Of a DNA stretch of 64,000 nucleotides, positions 26,911-40,237 are shown in pieces; within the stretch, counting starts at the first letter, position 1; every line of letters starts with the position of its first letter. This DNA is from Octopus bimaculoides (Eukaryota), in the NCBI RefSeq assembly GCF_001194135.2, contig NC_068983.1, positions 81,103,515-81,167,514 of the forward strand. Reading direction: 5' to 3'. Below the pieces are notes generated by a model. That model did not search any database and was not told where the DNA came from. It saw only the letters and a list, made by a program, of their open reading frames with translations. Position numbers and translations under genes: made by a program.

Positions 26911-29654
26911 CCATCTCTCACTCTCTCACATGTACACATGTGCAATATATATATAAATGAAATGAAAATAAGATTAAAGAGATGACTTAAAATGGCCAGT
27001 GGCATTTATTTAAACACCATACAAGGTAAATTATTAATTTATTGAAACTACCTCTGTTACTATGGACAGTGGTAAATCACTTAGTGGTAGTTGGGATCAA
27101 GCGTCAAGAATTCTCCAAAATCAGTATACCATTAAAAAAACGACAGTTTAATGCCTGGAGATAAGAAATCATCAATAGATATGTGTTTCTACCTCAATTG
27201 GTGCCTCAGCATAACAGATTACACTTAGACACAGGCCAAAAAGAATAAAACACATTTATAACTAAGGTAATTTGCATAAATAAAATGGAAATGAGCTAAG
27301 AGAAATAACTCTAAGTGGTCAGTAGCTTCAGGAAGACCAAAGAAAAGCTAACATCACACTACTTTATCCATCAAATATCAAAGAGACTGCAGTAACTCTG
27401 ACGGCAGTAGCATGGCCTAATAAAAGTCAAGAAGCTAGAATGAGTTTAAAACTATAAACTCAAATACACATACAGACCTATGTATTTGTTCGGCTGATTA
27501 AAAACATATGTTCCAACATTATAAGGAAAAACTTTAAAATTGCCATGATTTATTATTATTAATGAAAATAAATGGTTACAGACTATAACTTTTTTTATTT
27601 ATTTAATCGGTTTTTGAGAGACACTTAAAATAGGATTAGAAATAGACAGAATGAGTAGATAGGCATAAAATATGAAAGCAAAGTTGGGGGGATACATAAA
27701 GTCAACATGCAGGAAACATGGAAAGGAAATCTATAAAGTTTATTTTGCATAGAAGATTTTACTGAATGGAATGACGCTGCTGAATAAATGAAACTCTGAA
27801 TAGCTTCAAGAAAAAAAAAAACATTAAAGCAAGAACAATATGTTATCTACAATAACAGCTGTTATAGAATTCTTGAAATGTAACACTGGTCATATGTTGG
27901 AAAATACTTATGGTATAAATTTAAAGTAAAGAATTTCCTTTAATAGTTTTACATATGGCTATGCCATCCTTTTTGTAGGTATGTTGACTGAAAATTAAAG
28001 ACTGCAAACTTATTGCCAAACGGTTTGAATTTTACTTCATTGATTCACACTGTTAGAATGAAAAAGGACCATAAAAACCTTCAGAGGTTTTTGCTACAGA
28101 TGTGCTTATCACTATTTTAAAAGAAATCTATATTACATTGCTTTATTCTATGTTTGTAATGCCTAAACTATGGAATAAATTTGGTGACATAATCTTATTA
28201 CACACATAACCATTTTATTGTTTGTAAGTCATTTGACTGATCAAGTAAGAGAAGAAATTGAGCGCATAATCTATTGTGGATATAACATTTAAATTGTTTA
28301 AATAATTCAAATTGTTCCTAAGACAATTGACAGATAAATAAATATTTTGAATTAGTATAATTCATCTATATTACTGATATAGATATTTTTTTTTAGAATT
28401 TACAATTCAGTGTAGCAGCTACAGTAGTTTGCTCAATAGGACTATGCATTTAAGCTTAACTATATGAACTTTTTTCTGGTATGAAAATAAGACAATAGTA
28501 TTTACTATAAAGATTTGTTAATGCTTTACCCACATAATCGTACCATTTCAGAATATTATAGAGAGAGTATATCTGATTTCTTGGTTAAGGTTGCTTATAT
28601 CTTGACATAAAAAAAAAATCAAAATAATAAATAACAATACTTAATATAAAAGAGGTGATGACTGTATACAAAAGAATATAATTTTCAAAGATATTCTCTC
28701 CTATGACTCTGCACTAACTATAAAAATCTCAATAATGAACTACTACAGAAAAAATTCACTTTCAAAAGAAATTATGCATTTCATGAGCTCCATAAACTCT
28801 CAACAATCATACATTTTTCAAAAGAACCATGGACTTTTCATGGGTATTGTTAGTTATTATCATTATCAAGGAAATAGTAGAGTCCTAGTCTGAAAGCTTT
28901 ACATTATTTTAGTTTAAATCCAATAGGGGCTAATTTGGTTTTTTATCTCTCTAGACAAAATAAATATCAAGTGTCCTGAGATTGATTCAACTAACTAAAC
29001 TCCTACACATAAATTTGTGTCTTGTCAATGCAGAAATTATTATCAATATATGCTGATTGAATGGAACTACAAACAATTCAAACCAAAGGAACATTATCCA
29101 TTTAGTTATATAAGAGTATAGAAACAATATTATACCAGTGTGTGATGACTTGTATTTCTCTAAAAGTTGGAACACTCAACCAACTACTTTCTAAAAGTTA
29201 CCTTAAGAAATAAACCTATTCAGATATTATAAATTTGTGCCATATGTATACAGCAAGTAAACAAATGATGTGTTCAACATTGTTTTTTTTTTTTTTTTTT
29301 GGCTTTCTTAAATATAATAAGCTCTCTTGCAAGAGAAATCTTGAATGCTAAGCGAACAAACAACTCTACAATATAAATCTATTGGTCAAAGGATAAAACT
29401 GCAGGAGCAAAATACTTTGTTTAAATCAGGTCATAACAGCTTTCACCTAAAAATCTTTTTGTTTATTGACAATCTAGAATTTAAAAGCATAACAAAAAAC
29501 AAGGATTTACTGAAATTCTAATTTAAGTAATTATCATTATTTATGAAATCTTTTTTTTAAATGACTGTCAAATTTGGAAAACTTTAGTGTTTGGTTGAAA
29601 AAGAAATAGGTCTTGTGCACAGTTAGTACAGGGATTCTGTTTCATTTCTAATTT

Positions 29655-29704
<50 letters not shown>

Positions 29705-29978
29705 GATGTGTCTGTAAACTAGATGGCACTAACTCTGCCTTTGCCCCTTTCAGAATGATTGCATGTCAATGAGGATACATTGCAGGCAACCAGTCATTGT
29801 GGTAGTGTCATTCATCATCCTATAACAAGAACAATGCAATGATAGGAAACTTCCATCACCAGCACAATTTCTATCCTTATATATGGTGTCGGTATCAGAT
29901 TGTAGTTGATGTTGGATTTAAGTAAGATAATAGAGGGTTATTCAGTTCATAAGAAAATACACAGTAATAAGTCCTTAC

Positions 29979-30101
29979 CCCAATGTGGTATACTGGGTGA
30001 TCGAGGGGCGGTACCTCCACGTTTGTGAGGGGGAGAATCCATCTTCTGGGTGGCAGAGGCAGGGCGAATGTCAGGATACCCAGTATGCCATGGCACTTCC
30101 C
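29979..30101 (-). CDS. Internal coding exon (123 nt, frame-preserving) of an unidentified large gene; phase-1 reading (G)EVPWHTGYPDIRPASATQKMDSPPHKRGGTAPRSPSIPHW(G)
   Basis: Acceptor ttctttttgttgtag|GGG and donor TGGG|gtaagg; GC-rich unique sequence in an AT-rich background; length divisible by 3. Open in phase 1 and phase 0, closed in phase 2. Confidence 0.65.
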
Positions 30102-30460
30102 CTACAACAAAAAGAATGTGGTGAAAGTAAATCAGGTTGTTCTCAAATTTATCCTCAAGAAAGATCACTTTTGTTAAATAATTAAAATATTCAACAATAT
30201 TTTACAGAAGGCCATGCTGTTAAATAGATACGGTTACTTTAGAATTAATGGCTCCAAATAGCAAATACAAGGCGCATATGAATATGTGTGTGTGTGTATG
30301 TATGTGTGATTGCCTGATTGATAATTAGTAAAGTCTGGTTATGTAGAACATTTGTAATAATGCAAATATGAAGGAATGGAATAGAATTTTAAAAATAAAT
30401 ATTAGCTACTATTTAAAAAGTTTTAAAAAAGAGAAAAAGGAAAATGTAAAAAAATGAAGA

Positions 30461-30510
30461 ATAAAAGACAAATATGGAAGAAGCCAACTTCTTCCATATT
30501 TGACTTTTAT
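30461..30510. repeat. Near-perfect 23-bp inverted repeat with 4-nt loop
   Basis: ataaaagacaaatatggaagaag-ccaa-cttcttccatatttgacttttat; one mismatch. Confidence 0.9.
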
Positions 30511-30564
30511 ACAGGTTCTTCAATTTGTCACAAAATATTACTGATGCAAGAGCATGAGAATATT

Positions 30565-30770
30565 CTTTTCTACTCTAGGCCTGAAATTTTTGGAGAGGGG
30601 CCAGTCGATTAGATTGACTCGAGTATGCAAGTGGCACTTAATTTATTGACCCCAAAAGCATGAAAGGCAAAGTTAACCTTGATGGAATTTGAACTCAGAA
30701 TGTAAAGACACACGAAATACTGCTAAGCATTTTGCCCAGCGTGCTAACATTTCTGCCAGCTTACTGTCTT
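30565..30770 (-). mobile_element. Family B SINE
   Basis: gaaaggcaaagttaacc...gaatttgaactcagaatg...gtgctaacatttctgccagc. Confidence 0.85.
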
Positions 30771-30950
30771 AATGTATGAGAATATTGACTAAGTGAGGTA
30801 AAGAATTATTGCTGTTTAGTATTCTTCAGAACACAAAGTATGCTTTCTTTAGCCACTGTAACAACAGTTCTTATTGCTATCTTCATCTTTACTTACCTTT
30901 ACCATTATCGCAACTAATAATCACTGTTATCATCATCATTCTCACCAATC

Positions 30951-31173
30951 AAGGCAGTGAGCTGGCAGAATCATTAGCACATTGGATGAAATGCTAAGTG
31001 GTATTTTGCCTGCTGCAATGTTCTGAGTTCAAATTCTGCAGAGGTTGAGTTTGCCTTTCATCCTTTCGGGGTCGATAAATTAAGTACCAGTTGAGTAGGG
31101 GGGGGGGTCGATGCAATCGACTTACCCCCTCCCTCAAATTTCAGGCCATGTGCCTATAGTAGAAAGGATTATT
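30951..31173 (+). mobile_element. Family B SINE (well preserved)
   Basis: ggcagtgagctggcagaatcattagc...ttgcctttcatcctttcggggtcgataaattaagtaccagt. Confidence 0.9.
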
Positions 31174-31744
31174 CTCACTAATCCCCTCTGCTTCAGCTAC
31201 TCTCAGTTGTTTCTCCCTTGTAATGAATTTTCTTGTATCCTGCTTCTTTTTTACCTCCACCTTTTTTTTTTAGACCTGTGCTGCAAATATTACACCTATA
31301 GTTGATTCTGTGTTTCACTCAATGTATCTGAACTCTTATTCATCAGCAAATGATCCCTACCTAAGAACTAGAAAAAAACAAAAAAACCTCACTGGTTCAA
31401 AAACACCTGTCTTTCAGTTTCTTTATTTTTCTCAAGTTGAGTGTCCTTTGTCATTACTATGCTAGTATATATGAACACACACACAAGATGAATAAGCAGA
31501 GAAAGTATAGTGCTAGATAGAATGCCATATACTACTTATTCTGGCACTGCTGAGGTCAACTTGCCTTTTGTCCTTCAGAGGAGGAGGTGGTAACTATAGT
31601 ACCAGACAAACATGGGGGTTGATTCTTCTTCACTTTCTGTTCTATAATTGGCTATGTTGCACAAAAGAGAGATGGATTAAATGAAGGGCTAGCAACCTCT
31701 TCTTACAGAAAAGCTAACAGGCTACTGAAATCACTCAAGAATGG

Positions 31745-31935
31745 CCTGAAATTTAAGGAGAGGAGGTTTGTCAATAATACCAACCCAAGCACTCCATAGG
31801 TACTTATTTCACTGAATCCCAAAAGAAGGAAGGCAAAGTTGACCTTGGTGGAATTTGAACTCAAACATAAAGACGGATAAAATGCTGTTTAGGATTTTAT
31901 CCAGTGTGCTAATGATTCTGCCAGCTTGCCACCTT
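31745..31935 (-). mobile_element. Family B SINE
   Basis: gaaggaaggcaaagttgaccttggtggaatttgaactca...gattctgccagcttgccacc. Confidence 0.85.
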
Positions 31936-32114
31936 GAATGTAATGTTAATAATAATAATAATAACAATGATAATAGTAATGATAATAGTAATGAATGTGT
32001 TTGAACATGTGTGTGTATGTGTGCATATGCATGCATGTGTGTGTTTATGTAACACAACAATAACAAAGGTCTGCACAATGTATATCATAATCATTATTAT
32101 CATTTAACATCCAC

Positions 32115-32161
<47 letters not shown>

Positions 32162-32260
32162 TATACAGATTTACATCTCTCTCTCCCTCTCTCTCTCTCA
32201 TATATATGTGTGTGTGTGTGTGTGTGTAAAACATGCACAAATGTGTTTACATATATGTAT

Positions 32261-32310
<50 letters not shown>

Positions 32311-34619
32311 TAAATACATATGCCTCATATCACTATTATAGGTAAAGAAAAAGTGCAAGATGGAGTCAGAAAGATAGGGGAATATTTTGAGATAATGAAA
32401 AAAGATTCCATATTACAGCATACACCATCAAGTAGCAAATGTAACTTAGAAAAATGAAAATAATGCAAAACATTTCTGTATATCAAATATGAACTATATA
32501 ACCTGAATTTGTACAATGATAAAAAGTCTTTGCATATATTATAGGTATAATAATTAACATGATAACATGGAGTAGCTAATCCAAATTATTAGCAGAATGA
32601 CAGCACTAGAAAAATGCACAGATATACTGCATATACTTTTTTATGAGCTGGTACATATTTTTTTGTGAGATGGAATGCTTATTTAATTAACACAAAATCA
32701 GATGGTTTGTTGTATAATACCCTTGCTGCTGTTTTTAATATTAAAGTTTTTGTTGCTTTTTCTTTTTAATTGACTGAGCTTTTAGAAATAGGTGTTAAAT
32801 TTAGTGTTTATTTAGTTTCATGTCTGTGTGCTCTGAGTGCAAATCTTACCAGAAATAATTTAATCTAATATCATCACTTCAGTGCTGATAATACAAATAA
32901 CTGTAATACAATGGCATTGATTGAATTCTTTTTCTCTTGAAAGAAAACTGAATTCTCTTTCTCAAAGGAGAAATAAAGTGCATTGTACTTGAAAATGATC
33001 ATTAGTAGGATATTTTTTTTATTCAAATCAAGCTTATTATTAGTTTTTTTTTTTGTGTTGCAACCAGGATTTTTTTTCAAAGACGGAAAGGCAGTACACA
33101 TCTTTAGATCATGCCATATAGTTTTCACTGCAGTTTTGATTACAATTTATTTACTCCCTACAGATATTCAAATTCATTCAAATACAATAAACTCAGGTTA
33201 GATACAGGTTTATCCAATAAAATACCCATGCATTAGACACATTGATATTAAGATATCACAATTTTTAAGTTCAAACTAAGCTGTGGGTACTATAGTAAAA
33301 TTAAAAGAGTTTAAAAAAAAACCCAGTTAATTGTTCAAGTAGCAACCAGATTTTATATTGATTAACTGTGTTTATGGATTAAAGTAAGATTTAAAAGTTC
33401 TGCACAGTTTGTTGCAATATTGTATTTTAGACAATAATTGTATCAATGCAAAAAATAAGAAATTAGTTATAACAAAGAAAACTTCTGTGACCAGTTTTGT
33501 GAAGGTAAATAACGCCTAATTAAGGATGGTTCCATTAAACTGGGAAACTATGTTTAGATCTCATCTCATTGTTTGCAGCCTTCTAATTGTCACCAATTGC
33601 TTTACTGTTTCTACCATGCTGTAACTAAAATTACTTTCCCCAATTATCGTTATCAGTAATTAAATTCTATTCCAGCAAGTATGAGAAGAAAACTTTGCCT
33701 TAAAGAATACATGCTTACTACTTTATTTTAACTGGTTTATAAGAAACCAGTTGAAGAAGTGGTATTTCACTTTATGCTGAGAAATGAAAAAGACAGCCAT
33801 ATGGACCATTTGATAAAAAGGAAAGTAGTTTTGATATTAATTAAAGGTTATGCTTTCATATGTCTAGAGCCTGTAAACATTGGAAAGCTTATATTTAATT
33901 AACATTAATGATTTAATACTTCAGTACATATTCAAAGGCTGGGAACCAAGCGAAGAGAGAATGATTGGATTGAAGAGGTAAACTGGTAGATGAAATTAGG
34001 AAAACAAAATTCTGTCCCAAGGCTACAAATTGTTTTGAAATAAAGAGGATGCAACGACACAAACATAAAAATATGACTTAATATAATTCAAACTCTAAGC
34101 TTGGATTAGTCTGTACATTTAGTCAGTTAAGCGCAAGAGAATCAAAAATTTACTGAAGTTTATCTAGAAAGCAAGATGGCCAAATTTTGAATGAGGGCAT
34201 GATGTACAAACAAAAATATAATTTTAGTAGAGTGAATGAAAAATGAAATTTAACATGCTCCTTGGTTCTGATTGGCTATTTCAAGCATAAACTTGGGATC
34301 AAGATAATTTCACAAAAAGTCCAAGGTCTAAAGAAACAAACACATAAAGCAATTTAGCTATGAGAGGATATTCAGTAGCCTAATCTAAAAATTATTGTTT
34401 GACCTAAAGTCAACCATGATTGATCAAAAGCATTCTAGCCATGACCATCCTGTCTTTCCAGCAGTCAAACTGTATCTAGGACTAAAGTAGACAATTTAGT
34501 CCTAGATACAGTATGACTGTGGAAACTAAATAGGAAGAGAAGAAATTTAGTCTAGGGTAACACTGATACTCTCTACATAGTAAAACAAATACAAAGGACA
34601 TACTTGGCTATGAGTAAGC

Positions 34620-35760
34620 TCTTACACCTAGCATTCATTGACTTGAGAGGACCTTTGACAGAGTTCTATGCTCTGGAGTCTGGTGAGTGTAAAGAAAACT
34701 ACTATGAAAACTTAGAGGTTGAAAAATAGCTTGTGGGCGTTGTGCAAGCTATGGGTAGAGCCATTATCGGCCCAATGAACATTAGCAATGTGTTCCCCAT
34801 AGTGTGTCTATCAGGGCTTGATTTTTAGTCTTCCCATTTATTATTGCCTTCCAAGCCATAATAGTGGAGTTTAAGATCAGCTGCCATGGGAATTCATTTA
34901 TGCTAATTCTTATAGGTAAATCTGTCAAAAATTTACAGAAGGAACTGGAAATTTGGAAGCAAAATCCAAGAGGCTTAAAAGTATATCTAGCAAAGATTGA
35001 AGTTTTAAATAGCAGGAAAGAAAGCACAACAATTCTATATGATGTGACTAGTGTAAATTACAAATGCACAAGAGGTATAGTGACCTCAAAGGCAAGTTGA
35101 GAAGGAAGGTAGCAAAGAAGGAAATCTGCTGTGTAGCAGAATCACAGGAGTAGTTAGCAGTAAGAGAGAATGTGAAATATATTCAAGTGCTCAGAAAGCT
35201 CCCGAGGAGTGAATAGTTTTGTAACCTACATAACTCAATTAGCTGTAGAAGTGGATTCTGTCAATGAAAGAACAAATTGGTGAAAATTAAAGCCATTAAC
35301 TCTGCTAGCAAAAAAGTTTCTCTCACTGATTAAAGGATAGGTTGTTTGGTGCTTATGTATGAAGTGTGCTGCATAGTATCAAGACATGGGTCTTGAATGC
35401 AAGGGATTTGAAAAAGCTGGAAAGAACTGAGTTAGCATCATATTCTACTGGGTTTGTAACGTTAGCGTGCATGAACAATGGAACTCAAATGAATTTGAGA
35501 GAATGATTGAATATACGAGGAACCAAATGCAGTGTGAAGGAGAAAATAATATGCTAGTATAGGCAAGTTGTGTGTCAGGAGGATGTTACATATTAAGAAA
35601 AGTGAGGAGCTGCAAAAGACAGGCTGAACCTTATGTTATATTAAGGGCCATGACAAGTGTGTCAAAAACTGTTCTGGAGAACACTTGACTAACCTGCACA
35701 AGCATGGTAAAACAGGGTTAAAAATGATGATGGTGATGGAGGATGCTATACTAACACTTG
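34620..35760 (+). mobile_element. Decayed RTE LINE reverse transcriptase
   Basis: FIDL...(T)FDRV across a frameshift at ~34635-34665; ORF 34864..35100 IGKSVKNLQKELEIWKQNPRGLKVYLAKIEVL matches the post-YADD RTE segment; many stops. Confidence 0.75.
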
Positions 35761-36148
35761 GATCTGTCTTGTCTGTTATGTTCACATGATGTCTGCCACC
35801 ATCCCTCTTTGTTACTACTTTCCACCTATTGGTTACTCTCTCATATATCACTCATTCTCCACCCTATATCTTTTTTTTTTTACTTTATGTTCCTTCCACC
35901 ATGTTGCTTCTATGTAAAGGTAAGCCACATATTATATTCAGTTCTGACCCCTTTAAAACACCCATCTTTATTATATCACTCCCCACTCTCTCTTAGTTTT
36001 GATACTAGCTTTTCCATCTTCCATAGAAACCATGCCAAATAAATGGAATGTACCAGCAAGATGTATTCCTTGACCCATTTAAGAGAACAATAACACTGAA
36101 TACAAACTGGTTTGAACTGTTATGATCTGTCCAACCTTTGCCAACAGG

Positions 36149-36189
<41 letters not shown>

Positions 36190-36194
<5 letters not shown>

Positions 36195-36378
36195 ATCTCT
36201 CGCCATATCATAGTTCACCTATCATGGATTTTCTGGCTAATATATGTAAATTTATATTACAGACTCTTCAGAATATTGTGGGTTTCTGTGGCTGAGAGGT
36301 ATTTATATTTTTTTAGATTTTAATTATTTCTGTGGGAGATTTTGGAATGTAACACCTGTGTTAGTCGAGGGATTACTG
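36190..36378. mobile_element. pogo/Tigger-like (Tc1-mariner superfamily) MITE
   Basis: TIRs tagtaatctctcg / cgagggattactg, flanked by TA on the left and TG on the right. Confidence 0.7.
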
Positions 36379-37630
36379 TGTGTGTGGGGGGGGGNNNNNN
36401 NNNNNNNNNNNNNNNNNNNNNNNNNNNNNNNNNNNNNNNNNNNNNNNNNNNNNNNNNNNNNNNNNNNNNNNNNNNNNNNNNNNNNNNNNNNNNNNNNNNN
36501 NNNNNNNNNNNNNNNNNNACCATTAAAACTAGGTCCAAATGACATTACCTTCCTGCAAATATACTGAATCTTCTTTACCCAGTGGAAAATAAAGGAAATT
36601 ATTTACAAAACTCAAAAGACTACCAAATTCTTCTTCTCAACCAATTTTTGCCAGTGGCTAAGAATTTAAAAGTAAACTTTAGATTCACTAAGTAGACCAG
36701 GCAATTGCAACACAAGTATCAACTAAGGTGGAGATTATCATCTGTAATTACTTGCACTAAAATAATATAAACATGTGAATATAAGCAGAACAGGTTATGG
36801 AAGAGTGGTCATGAAAAATGGGGTGGCTGATGACCAAACCTGAGAAAAATAAGTATTGTAACAGAGATATGAATAAAGTGGAAAATAATGATAATTTAAA
36901 GAAATTCAATTGTAGAAATTATCTATGATGACTTAATACCACTCCTACAGCCATACAACATAGTTTGATTACAGAAACTAAACATAAGCATGAAGCATCA
37001 TTTTATGCTAGCCTTACTTCCAAATTGAATACAGGCAATAAAACTCGCTTCTTTTCTGCATGTATTGATGAGCAATACAATATACTATCATAAATACATC
37101 AGGATGTAAACTGCTATACTTCACAAATAGTTACAGTTTTCTTTCTTTGTAGGACCAACTTTCATAAAAATAATGATATATGTCAGATAACCAATATAGG
37201 TTTTGTTACAAACAAAATATTCTAATATTTTGAACAGAATTTATTCTAAAAATACTCCAACTGAAAGTAACAGTTATGTACAAAGAATCCATAGGCAATA
37301 TGTTAAATTAGTTGAAATGAATCTTGCAATGACTATGTGTGCATGTCTGCAAATAATATGTCTATTTCATAAAACTAAAATCATCAAACTCGCTGTTTTG
37401 CATTGTTTTTGTTGAACATGTAGAGTGACTCATTTAACATACAGCCTGCAGGATATCTGTGCAAAGATATAAGATTTAGCAATTAATATCATTATAATAA
37501 TAACAATTATTTTCTCTATTTTCGAACAACAGATTGTTTATTCATGATCTTAATACAAGTTTCCACTTTGTCGCCATATCTCATCGGCATAAAGGAAGAA
37601 AAAAAAAAAAGAAAAAAATTAAATACATAC

Positions 37631-37645
37631 CTAGCAAGATAAAAT
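37631..37645 (-). CDS. Candidate 15-nt microexon ATTTTATCTTGCTAG (phase 1: xFILL)
   Basis: Acceptor tttttctataatattccctag| and donor CTAG|GTATGT; multiple of 3; open in phase 1 like the neighbouring exons. Could be chance. Confidence 0.3.
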   Translation of the reverse strand: MLSC

Positions 37646-38152
37646 CTAGGGAATATTATAGAAAAATATGTGATACTTCGGATAATTTATTACTTACAGA
37701 ATTTTGAATGCATATAAAGATCTATTTTTGTTTCATCTTTTATATGAAGAAAGCATGAAGATTTACTGCTAACATTTGGTAGAATCATATTATACATATA
37801 AATGTGAATGCAGGTGCACACATACACACACACACATTTACCAGAAGACAAAGAATATTACCCAACAATTACTTTAATAATAACAGATATGAGCTGAAAA
37901 CATTTTTGAACATCTCATCATTTTTTTCTTTGTTTCCAACTAAACTATATGTATTTAAGATGAGTCGCTTTCCATCACTAATTGCTAACTGAAATATTTC
38001 AAGTTTAAATTACAAATTCTTTCTTCTTGGTTTCCATCTAGAAAATTCAGAAAATGAGTGTGTTGATACTGGAAAATTTCCTGATCATAATGGTAAATCA
38101 GTCTCCTCCTCTTGGTTACAAAGGAGTTTATTCAGTAAAAGAGGAAACTTAC

Positions 38153-38170
38153 ATATTTAAAGCCATTCAT
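38153..38170 (-). CDS. Candidate alternative first coding exon end (MNGFKY|)
   Basis: ATG AAT GGC TTT AAA TAT|GTAAGT with an in-frame stop upstream and some CpGs; no transcript evidence. Confidence 0.2.
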
Positions 38171-38419
38171 GGTTACAGTAGAATTAGTGACGCGAGGGAG
38201 GATTAATATAATTACATCATAGCGTTTTTTACCTCTTATAACATTTTATGTATATATTTCAGTACTAAATGGATTAGATAACTCTACAAATTCACAAATA
38301 TATTTGAATTGTGGTATATTGTTTTAAATGAGAAGGCCTGCCTGGTTAATATGCATGTAGTGATATCTATTTACAATGTATATAAAAGGCCTAAGAGAAA
38401 GTGAAGCATTTATTTAAAC

Positions 38420-38609
38420 CAATGGTTCTCAAACAGAGTCCATATAAGATTTTGCGTTTAAAATTTATCTGCAATAAATTGGTTATGCTTCTATAATACA
38501 CAAAATATTTTAACAATTTTTTTCATAAAATTCCTAATAATATCTAATTATAAAAATAGGACATTGAATTGCTATGAGGGTCCAGGTAAAATATGGTTGA
38601 GAAATATCC
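38420..38609. mobile_element. hAT MITE, 190 bp
   Basis: Termini caatggttctcaaac / ggttgagaaatatcc (degenerate CAGTGGTTCTCAACC); 8-bp TSD atttaaac / atttaaat. Confidence 0.7.
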
Positions 38610-38745
38610 ATTTAAATGGATAAGGATTTCCTTCATGACCAGACATGTTTCCAAGAAAGATTGGAAAAGAAAGACACTACTTGTATGACAATGATGCTTG
38701 AATACAACTACAGACACAAACACACATTCATGTGTGCATGCACGT

Positions 38746-38782
<37 letters not shown>

Positions 38783-38784
38783 AC

Positions 38785-38915
38785 AGTCTTTTTCAGTTTC
38801 TGCCTTTCAGATCAACTCAGAAAGCTTTATTCAACCCCGGAAGCCTCAACCTAAGAGGCCACACACTGGGACTGAACCTGAAACTATGTGGTTGGGAAGC
38901 AAACTTCTTAGCCAA
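38785..38915 (-). mobile_element. Family A SINE
   Basis: ctttttcagtttctgcc...gggactgaacctgaaactatgtggttgggaagcaaacttct. Confidence 0.8.
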
Positions 38916-40199
38916 TAGTTATACCAATAACTATATGTGTGTGTTTTTGTATGTGTGTGTGGGGGGGGGTGCACTGTGCTTGTATGTGTGTGTGTCTTTG
39001 TATTTGTCTCTCACTGCTTGACACTTAGTGTTGCTTTGCATCCCTATAAAGTAGCAGTTCCGCAAAAAAACAGAAAGAATAAGTTCTAGACATATAATAA
39101 TTTAATCACTTCAAGGTAGTGATCTCAGCTTGGTTACAGCTATAAATATAAGTTGGTTCATGTAACCAGGTTCATATTATCAAATGTTAAATAATCTATT
39201 CATCAAAGACTAATACCCTGAATTCAATTTTCTACAGGATATCAATCTTCCATAAGTTCATAATATCTTTGAGAAAGGTTGTATGTGTCATTAAAAAAAA
39301 AAATCTCAAATCCCTTTTTCCTTATGGTCAACTCTGTTACTCATTCTGAGTATCAGCAATATATTGTAGTAGCAACATGACTAACTATAACTCTCTACAC
39401 ATTGCAGAAAGCATATTGCACATGATTAAGAGAAAAACTTCATTTTGTTTTTTATTTTTTGTTCATTGTATCTGCTTCAAGATAAAAGAGATAACAATGG
39501 AGATTCAAGTTGATACCTGGGTGTTATAATGATGAAAACAACATTAAATCCAAACTGTTTTAAAAGTGTACTAAGAAAATAAAATTATGATCAAGGCTTT
39601 CTGAAATTAAACAACGTGATCAACAGATTCATACCATTTGTTGAGAAAACATTTTGATTTTCATGTGCTGACAATGAAAAACAGGTTTTCTCTAGGGCTA
39701 TGAAAGATGTTGCAATGAAAGTTTTGATGTTTCAGTAAATTAATTAAGCTGTCAAATTAAAGAACAAACCATTTAAAACTAGGTAATTATAAAATTACTA
39801 TGTTATGCAAGCTCAAAAAACATGTAATGTTTCTACATGAAAGGGATAGCTAGGGTGGAAAGGGATCTAGCTACTGAATGTTTGTTAAGTTTTGAAATGT
39901 AGATGAAAAGCAGTATGTTAACAAAAGGGTTTGGGAAGCAGATGAAAGTCATCTGATTTAAGAGAATCAAATAAATTGCATGTAGAATATAAAGAATATA
40001 ACTTGATAATCTGATGGCATGGCGTTTACATTTTTAGTAATGCAGAAGAAATTCCATCTCCCTTATATAATAAAAACGGGCACATTTTTTCAGGAAAAAT
40101 GCCAAAATGATCAAGCAAAGAGTAGAAAAGTTAAAATACTGATTTGCCACTGTCATCATCAGCATTATCTAAACTTCTGCTTCTTTAAATCATCATATC

Positions 40200-40237
<38 letters not shown>

